Of a stretch of DNA of 32,000 nucleotides, positions 8,858 through 14,942 are shown in pieces (positions within the stretch are counted from its first letter, which is position 1; each line of letters starts with the position of its first letter). Made by a program: the position numbers and the translations under genes. The notes under the pieces were generated by a model. The model was not told the origin of the DNA, made no database searches, and was given only the letters and a program-made list of their open reading frames with translations. Source of the DNA: Candidatus Hadarchaeota archaeon (GTDB taxonomy: Archaea; Hadarchaeota; Hadarchaeia; Hadarchaeales; Hadarchaeaceae); assembly GCA_964514965.1 (NCBI GenBank), contig CAZETV010000001.1:420001-452000 (forward strand), read 5' to 3'.

Positions 8858-9783
8858 TTTAGAAACCCCAGCAATTTCTTGACCCCTTCCTCGAGCGAGG
8901 TCTTTGGTTTGAAGCTTAAGATTTTCTTAGCTTTCGTGATATCGGCCAGACTGTGCTTGATGTCGCCACTCCGGGGAACCTCGTAAATTGGCTTTAGTTC
9001 GCTCTTACCAACCAACCTCAAGAACACTTCACAAAGTTTTTTAATGCTCGTCGCCTCTCTCGTCCCGATGTTAATTACCTCCCCCGCCACGCTTTTCCGC
9101 TCGAGGGCAAGCAAATTTGCCTCGACGACATCACTCACGAAGATGAAATCCCGCGTCTGTTCGCCGTCGCCGCAAATGATCGGTGGCTGGTCGCTGCGGA
9201 GGCGTTCGAAGAATTTCATCATTACGCCCGCATATTCACCAAAAGTTTGTCTCGGCCCGTATACGTTGAAATAGCGGAGGCAAACGGTCTCCAGCCCATC
9301 CCGCTCGTGGAATATCAGACAGTTTTTCTCAGCCACGAGTTTCGAGCTAGCGTATGGTGAAAGCGGTTGGGGTAGCGCGTCCTCGCTTATCGGGAGTTCG
9401 GCCTGTTCACCGTAAACCGCACAAGACGAAGCGAAAACGAATCGCTTGACACCATGCCCCAAGCTGGCTTTGAGCAGCGCCAGCGTCCCATCAACGTTCA
9501 CGCTCTGGGCGAAATCCGGGTTTTTAATCGAGAAGGGCACACTTATCATCGCCGCCTCGTGGATGACAGCATCAACCCCTGCCAAAGCCTGTTCGACCGC
9601 TTCGACATCCCTGATATCGCCTTGAATGAATCGAAACGAGGATTTGCCTATGTGGGTTTTCAAGTTGTCCATGGTGCCGCTGGAGAGGTCATCAAGTACG
9701 GTAACGGAGTGGCCCCTAGCTAGAAGCCCGTCGACCAAATGCGAACCAATAAAGCCCGCCCCTCCGGTCACCAGAACCTTCAT
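8854..9783 (-). CDS. NAD-dependent sugar epimerase/dehydratase (extended SDR)
   Basis: KVLVTGGAGFIGSHLVDGLL; SSCAVYG; YASSK (YxxxK); LRYFNVYGPRQ. Confidence 0.85.
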   Translation of the reverse strand: MKVLVTGGAGFIGSHLVDGLLARGHSVTVLDDLSSGTMDNLKTHIGKSSFRFIQGDIRDVEAVEQALAGVDAVIHEAAMISVPFSIKNPDFAQSVNVDGTLALLKASLGHGVKRFVFASSCAVYGEQAELPISEDALPQPLSPYASSKLVAEKNCLIFHERDGLETVCLRYFNVYGPRQTFGEYAGVMMKFFERLRSDQPPIICGDGEQTRDFIFVSDVVEANLLALERKSVAGEVINIGTREATSIKKLCEVFLRLVGKSELKPIYEVPRSGDIKHSLADITKAKKILSFKPKTSLEEGVKKLLGFLK

Positions 9784-9914
9784 CTCTACCCCCTCTATTT
9801 TTCATGACTAGACTATAATAGACAAAGCCTACGAACATCCAAACCCGCTCACCTACCTATCGATTAAGCTGAATTATTATAAGGTTCAAAGCGAAGAAAG
9901 AACGGAGGTTGCAA

Positions 9915-10820
9915 ATGCGAGTGCTCGTCACGGGTGGCGCCGGCTTCGTAGGCTCAAACCTCGTTGAGGCGCTTGTCGAGCGGGGCGACGATGTTACTGT
10001 GCTCGATAATTTTTCGACGGGGACGGCGGAGAACTTGGAGAAGGTTCACGACCGGGTAAAAACCTTTCAGAGGTCCTGCACAGAGCTCCTAAAATTGAAG
10101 CTTCAACCCAAGCTGATATTTCACCTTGGCATTCCCTCCAGCTCACCCATGTACCGCGATAACCCACTGCTCGTCGGAGAGGCGATAAGCGGCTTCATGA
10201 ACGTGATGGAGCTCGCCAAGCAAAATCAAGCAAAAGTAGTCTACGCCTCCAGCTCGAGTATGTACCGCGGCTGTCCGAGACCCAATCGCGAGGACATGCA
10301 GACCGCGCCATTCGACTATTACACCGAGGCCCGACTTGCGATGGAACGCCTAGCGCGAGTATACCACCAGTTTCACGGCGTTTCTTCGGCAGGGCTGCGC
10401 TTCTTCTCTGTCTACGGGCCCCACGAGCGGGCGAAGGGAAGGTATGCAAATATAATAACCCAGATGATCCTTAACGATGAATTCACCATTTTCGACGATG
10501 GTTCCCAGACGAGGGATTTTACCCACGTGGATGATATTGTTAGGGCACTTGTCCTTGCAGCGGGGAAGGATGGGGCTTTTGTTTTTAATGTCGGGACCGG
10601 GCGAGAAACGTCTTTCAATGAGGTGGCGAAGTTGATACAAGAAGTAAAGCCGCTAAAAATCAAATACGTGCCAAATCCACTAGAAAATTACGTCGAACAA
10701 ACTCAAGCTGACATAAGCTTGGTGAAACGTGAGTTGTCTTGGGCGCCAACAGTGAAGCTTGAGGATGGGGTCAGGAGAACAGCAGAGTATTATGGGGAAG
10801 CACGACCCAAAAAACAGTAA
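9915..10820 (+). CDS. Extended-SDR epimerase/dehydratase-like protein with a variant active-site motif (YxxxR)
   Basis: MRVLVTGGAGFVGSNLVEAL; ASSSSMY; LRFFSVYGP. The position that aligns with YxxxK reads YTEAR (Tyr codon 10320-10322, CGA Arg codon 10332-10334). ATG at 9915 lies 6 nt after GGAGG (9904-9908) and is preferred over the TTG at 9909. Confidence 0.8.
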   Translation: MRVLVTGGAGFVGSNLVEALVERGDDVTVLDNFSTGTAENLEKVHDRVKTFQRSCTELLKLKLQPKLIFHLGIPSSSPMYRDNPLLVGEAISGFMNVMELAKQNQAKVVYASSSSMYRGCPRPNREDMQTAPFDYYTEARLAMERLARVYHQFHGVSSAGLRFFSVYGPHERAKGRYANIITQMILNDEFTIFDDGSQTRDFTHVDDIVRALVLAAGKDGAFVFNVGTGRETSFNEVAKLIQEVKPLKIKYVPNPLENYVEQTQADISLVKRELSWAPTVKLEDGVRRTAEYYGEARPKKQ

Positions 10821-10835
10821 CAAAACTGTGATTTT

Positions 10836-11246
10836 ATGAAAACATGGTTCAAGGAGCTGAGCTTTTCAACGAGCAAGGCACGCGAGGTAATCGATCTAAC
10901 GAGCAAAGTTACCTCGGCAGTTCGAGAATCTGGCATAAAAAATGGTCTGCTCATCGTGCAACTTCCTCATGCGACGGCCTCGCTCGTGCTGAACGAGAAC
11001 GAAAGCGGGCTCAAACAGGATTTATTAAACAAGCTCGATGACTTCGCGCCGGTGCGTGGGGGCTATCAGCACGACCGCATCGATGATAATGCGCACGCGC
11101 ACCTGAAGTCAGCTTTCATAGGCTCCTCTCGAGTCCTGCCGATTGCCGATGGGCGCGTAGTTCGGGGCACTTGGCAGAGCTTTTTGGTGATCGAACAGGA
11201 TGGCCCCCGTACCCGCAGACTCGCGATTTTCGTGATGGGGGAGTGA
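10836..11246 (+). CDS. yjbQ: YjbQ/UPF0047 family protein (secondary thiamine-phosphate synthase-like)
   Basis: HATASLVLNENESGLKQDL...YQHDRIDDNAHAHLKSAFIGSS...LPIADGRVVRGTWQSFLVIEQDGPRTRRL matches the conserved UPF0047 pattern. Confidence 0.8.
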   Translation: MKTWFKELSFSTSKAREVIDLTSKVTSAVRESGIKNGLLIVQLPHATASLVLNENESGLKQDLLNKLDDFAPVRGGYQHDRIDDNAHAHLKSAFIGSSRVLPIADGRVVRGTWQSFLVIEQDGPRTRRLAIFVMGE

Positions 11247-11250
11247 TTGA

Positions 11251-11769
11251 GTGATAGCGTATTTGGACATTGAGACAACTTCGACGAAAGCCGACCGGGG
11301 CATGGTCGTGGCGATCGGCCTGCTCAAGGGGGAAGAGCCGGAAATCCGCTTCGCGGAAACCCCCGGGGAGGAGCGGAAGGTGCTCGAGTGGCTCCGCGAT
11401 GAACTGGAGGACTGTGAGATGCTCGTGACTTGGTACGGTTCAGGTTTCGACATCCCCTTTCTTTGCACCCGCGCCTTGGCTCACAACATCGACCTCTCTA
11501 GACTCATCAACATCCCGATGCTCGACCTCTGCGAGTGGTCCCGCGGACATCTGCTCCTTTCCAGCTACAGGCTGAGCTCGGTAGCGCGGTTTCTGGGGAT
11601 ACAAAAGCCAGCCAATTTTCACGGAGCTGATGTCCTAACGTTGTTCAAGCTGGTCGAGCGCGGCGACCTCGAGGCGCGGAGGCTGATCGTCGAACACTGT
11701 AAGGAGGACATCGTGGTACTCAAGCTCGTCCACGAGAAGCTCAAGCCACAGGTCGAGCGCTCGGGATAG
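11251..11769 (+). CDS. RNase H-like / DEDD 3'-5' exonuclease domain protein (YprB-like, PolB-exonuclease-like)
   Basis: Exo I-like YLDIETT, Exo II-like LVTWYGSGFDIPFL, and Exo III-like HCKEDIVVL near the C-terminus. GTG start 4 nt after the yjbQ stop. Confidence 0.6.
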   Translation: MIAYLDIETTSTKADRGMVVAIGLLKGEEPEIRFAETPGEERKVLEWLRDELEDCEMLVTWYGSGFDIPFLCTRALAHNIDLSRLINIPMLDLCEWSRGHLLLSSYRLSSVARFLGIQKPANFHGADVLTLFKLVERGDLEARRLIVEHCKEDIVVLKLVHEKLKPQVERSG

Positions 11770-12014
11770 GGGTTGCTACGGAAGACTTTGAAAGAAGAGT
11801 AAGGGTCTGCACCCTCTGTAGGCTCCACCGCTCCCGCAAACGCTGAATACTTTCGCTTTTGCGGAAAGAGAAATAAAGCTAATTTAAGCCCAATTTGACA
11901 AAAAGCGGTGATTTTGGGATATTTTAAAAAGATGTGCCAAATACTTTCGGTGACCTCCCTCCCCCAAAGCGGCTTAAAAGCTATCTCCAATCCATCGGGC
12001 GGAAGGTGATTAAA

Positions 12015-12968
12015 ATGAAGAGACGTTTTCGTTGGGCGCTCGACGAATGCAGCTTGAGAGAAATGTATCTGGGGGACCACAAAACGATTTGGGAGATCGC
12101 AAAATATTTCGGAGTGAGCACGCAAAAAGTCGTTTACTACCTAAGAAAGTACAATATAAGAAGGGTTGAGCGATGGGAACGTTATGGATTAAAACACTTC
12201 ACGGTGAGACAGAGAGAGTACCTTTTTGGCTCGTTGTTAGGCGATGATTGCATCAGCAAGCATAAGGATGGGAAATATCCGTTCTTGCTAGTCTTCCATG
12301 GAATCGAACAAAGAGAATATGTTGAGTGGAAGCACGATATATGGGAACCAATAGTTCCGGGCGGGATAAAGAGAGGTATTCCCATAAAAACACCTACGGG
12401 AGTTTGTTACGCGGACCGCTTTACAACTGCAGCGCACCCTGATTTCACGGAGTTTTTTGAGATGTTTTATCAAGATGGCAGAAAAATTGTGAGCGAGGAA
12501 ATACTTCATAACTTAACGCCTTTCTCGCTCGCTGTATGGTACATGGATGATGGATATTACAAAAGACGTCGAGGAAGGGCCCAGCTATCCACAAATTCTT
12601 TCACTTATGAGGAAAATGTCACGATTAAAAAATACTTCGAAGAGACGTGGGACATCTCACCAAATATTGGAAAGTCTGATAGCGGGACTCATTACATATG
12701 GTTCAACACCGGAGAAACAATCAAGTTCTTTAACGTGTTTAAAAACCATATTTTGCCTCTTTTTGGTTACAAGGTAGACTTGGAAAGAAAGTTGATGTGG
12801 AGACGCCTTTCGGGACAGGAATTGAGGTACATACGGGAAAACTATAACATAGAGCACCCTCAGTTGATAGCGTACAAGTTAGGTAGATCTCTTCAGTCGA
12901 TTTTTAATGCAGCGCACAAGTTGGGGGTAACCCAGCCAAGAGGTGGCATAAAGAGATATGAAAAGTAA
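12015..12968 (+). CDS. Free-standing double-motif LAGLIDADG homing-endonuclease-like protein flanked by HTH-like modules
   Basis: It has two LAGLIDADG-type motifs: YLFGSLLGDDCISK and LAVWYMDDGYYK. There are N-terminal (TIWEIAKYFGVSTQKVVYYLRKYNI) and C-terminal (PQLIAYKLGRSLQSIFNAAHKLGV) HTH-like segments. ATG at 12015 is preceded by GGAAGGTGAT (12001-12010) and is preferred over the ORF-track start at 11934. Confidence 0.7.
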   Translation: MKRRFRWALDECSLREMYLGDHKTIWEIAKYFGVSTQKVVYYLRKYNIRRVERWERYGLKHFTVRQREYLFGSLLGDDCISKHKDGKYPFLLVFHGIEQREYVEWKHDIWEPIVPGGIKRGIPIKTPTGVCYADRFTTAAHPDFTEFFEMFYQDGRKIVSEEILHNLTPFSLAVWYMDDGYYKRRRGRAQLSTNSFTYEENVTIKKYFEETWDISPNIGKSDSGTHYIWFNTGETIKFFNVFKNHILPLFGYKVDLERKLMWRRLSGQELRYIRENYNIEHPQLIAYKLGRSLQSIFNAAHKLGVTQPRGGIKRYEK

Positions 12969-12991
12969 ATATAAGGAGTGATTGTATACGC

Positions 12992-13567
12992 ATGAGGAAA
13001 GTGGAAAAATTACTTCGGCTTGAAGCGGAAGCAAGGGCATGTAAGCGCTGTAGATTACATGAAACTAGAACGAATGTTGTATTCGGTTCAGGGGCAGCGG
13101 ATGCGGAGATGATGCTGGTCGGGGAGGGTCCTGGGTTCACGGAAGACCAAACAAAAATTCCGTTTAGTGGAGCCGCTGGTAAACAATTAAATGATCTTCT
13201 ACGCGAAGCTGGCTTGGAAAGGGAGAAAGTGCGCATTACCAACATAGTCCTGTGTCGTCCACCAAACAACAGAGACCCCGCACCCGACGAGATTGAAGCA
13301 TGCCGCCCGCTTCTTGAGAGCCAAATTTCTGCGATAAAGCCAAAACTCATCGTTGCTCTAGGCAGAATAGCCGCACGCACGCTGCTCGGCAAACACGTGA
13401 GTATAGGCAGGGAGCACGGCAAACTATTTGACTGCACCTACGCTGGTGCGCGCTTCAAGCTTTTCCTTACCTATCACCCCGCCGCAGCCCTCTACGGCGC
13501 CGAGACGAAAACTAGATTACAGGCGGATTTCAAAAAGCTCGGACAAATCATCAAAAGTAGGGTATAA
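12992..13567 (+). CDS. udg: Uracil-DNA glycosylase, family 4 (4Fe-4S type)
   Basis: CKRCRLHETRTNVVFGSG, GEGPGFTEDQTKIPFSGAAGKQLNDLL and HPAAALY match family-4 UDG motifs. Confidence 0.85.
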   Translation: MRKVEKLLRLEAEARACKRCRLHETRTNVVFGSGAADAEMMLVGEGPGFTEDQTKIPFSGAAGKQLNDLLREAGLEREKVRITNIVLCRPPNNRDPAPDEIEACRPLLESQISAIKPKLIVALGRIAARTLLGKHVSIGREHGKLFDCTYAGARFKLFLTYHPAAALYGAETKTRLQADFKKLGQIIKSRV

Positions 13568-13572
13568 CTAAA

Positions 13573-14250
13573 TCAAAATTTCTTTAGATCGAAAACTTTC
13601 ACTTTTTTTCGCTTCAGAAACTCGGCCGGAATATCCCAAATTGCCTTCGCCCGCTTGATTATCGCACGGTCACTGCTTGCGACGACATCAAATGAGCGGA
13701 GCTTCAAATCAACCCCGCCGATCGCTTGAGCATCGCCCTTCAGTTCCGCTTGCTCGAGTCGCTGCCTCACCATGCCTGAGAGCTCACCGCTCCTGCTCAC
13801 TTGCTTGTCAAACAAGAGCTCGACGTGACTTGGCTTTGCTCTAGTGATAATCCGCAAAAGCTCCGCAAGCGCTCGTGTGGTTGCAGGAGATACGCGATAC
13901 TTGCCGAATATCGCACGCAGGTCTCGGATGTAGCCATCGTCGCATCGCACAACTTGTTTGCGGGTGAAAATGCTCTCGAGTGTTATTAGGACGTTGTAGC
14001 CGTCAACACCTAGATGCTCGCCTCGAACGGCGCTTGCGCGGATAGCTTTTCGGCGATGCTCGGCTATTTCAAGTTTGGAGAAGACGCACCGCGCCAGCAG
14101 GTGGCGTTGGTTAAGCGGAAGGCGGTAGTGGTTGGCGACGAAGTTCACTGCTGACTCACGAGGGTAACCTTGGTTGAGCAGGTAACGCAAGTCCTCCACG
14201 GCGCACACGACTTTTCCCTGACCTGATATCACTCCAGACAAGTCGATCAA
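13573..14250 (-). CDS. Conserved hypothetical protein, possible DUF434-type N-terminus plus YacP/Rae1-like NYN (PIN-like) nuclease domain
   Basis: HLGVDGYNVLITLES resembles the LLVDGYNII signature of YacP/NYN nucleases. The later DxxV...SSD acidic positions are plausible. The DUF434 assignment is from memory only. Confidence 0.35.
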   Translation of the reverse strand: MIDLSGVISGQGKVVCAVEDLRYLLNQGYPRESAVNFVANHYRLPLNQRHLLARCVFSKLEIAEHRRKAIRASAVRGEHLGVDGYNVLITLESIFTRKQVVRCDDGYIRDLRAIFGKYRVSPATTRALAELLRIITRAKPSHVELLFDKQVSRSGELSGMVRQRLEQAELKGDAQAIGGVDLKLRSFDVVASSDRAIIKRAKAIWDIPAEFLKRKKVKVFDLKKF

Positions 14251-14373
14251 CCTATCGCGTTTGATACCCTATTGTGATGTAGCTTCTTGAAGCCTTTGTT
14301 TTAACAGCTTTCTTTTTAGGATAGGGTTTAAAATACGCTGAAACAGGTCACTAATAGTTAAGGGGGTGAAAAA

Positions 14374-14880
14374 ATGGATAAGAAAAGAAGAATTTCCCCG
14401 ATAATTATAGTGATTATAGTAATAGTGGCTATCGCCGCAGTTGGCATCGGTTACATTCTCACGCGTGGCGCTGCGCCCAGTGGAGATATCGAAACAGCCA
14501 CTAGTTTGAGCTTCAAAGTGGACACGACAGTAATGGGTACGGAATATACGATGACATTCAAGGGGAAAGACATTCAAAGTTCTAACACCAAGTTCAGAAT
14601 CGATGGAACCATCGTTGACGAAGAATTCAAACTTATCATTTATACAGGTGAAGAAAACGCGTGGATGTGGATGTCCGCCACCGGTTGGCAAGATATCTCA
14701 GCGACGATGCAACCATATCTTGAGCAGTACCAGACACAATTCGATGCGTACAAGGAGGAATTATCTGACTGGACCGGAGGAGATTACACTTACACAGATC
14801 CAACGACAGGAGCAACCGTGAGGATCTACGACGTCGTGATAAATCCCGACCTTCCAGACACATTGTTCCAGATTGATTAG
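14374..14880 (+). CDS. Small membrane-anchored/secreted protein of unknown function
   Basis: It has an N-terminal KKRR followed by a hydrophobic stretch (ISPIIIVIIVIVAIAAVGIGYIL), then a Thr/Tyr/Asp-rich, probably beta-rich domain. GGGGGTGA lies 5 nt upstream of the ATG. Confidence 0.5.
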   Translation: MDKKRRISPIIIVIIVIVAIAAVGIGYILTRGAAPSGDIETATSLSFKVDTTVMGTEYTMTFKGKDIQSSNTKFRIDGTIVDEEFKLIIYTGEENAWMWMSATGWQDISATMQPYLEQYQTQFDAYKEELSDWTGGDYTYTDPTTGATVRIYDVVINPDLPDTLFQID

Positions 14881-14897
14881 TCATCGGTTTAAGAAGG

Positions 14898-14923
14898 GAG
14901 CTAATTCAAGCTCTTTCCTTTTT
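14898..14923 (+). terminator. Hairpin plus T-rich tract downstream of the 14374-14880 gene
   Basis: GAGCT(14898-14902)/AGCTC(14909-14913) forms a 5-bp stem with a 6-nt loop, followed by TTTCCTTTTTATT. Confidence 0.4.
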
Positions 14924-14942
14924 ATTCTAATCTTCATTTTTC

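Noticed and set aside
8373-8882. Long antisense ORFs opposite well-supported genes: 8373-8882, 12904-13437, 15168-15785, 18491-19141, 23663-24238, 25079-25636, 7941-8342, 8123-8515 and 6496-6897.
   Set aside because: Each lies fully inside, or opposite, a CDS with strong family motifs. Their translations are low-complexity and Arg/Ser/Pro-rich, as expected for antisense frames of GC-rich codon-biased genes. None has a recognisable motif or SD.
11619-12125. 168-aa minus-strand ORF spanning the exonuclease 3' end, the intergenic region and the LAGLIDADG 5' end.
   Set aside because: It overlaps two better-supported plus-strand genes, has no motif, and its composition resembles a shadow ORF.
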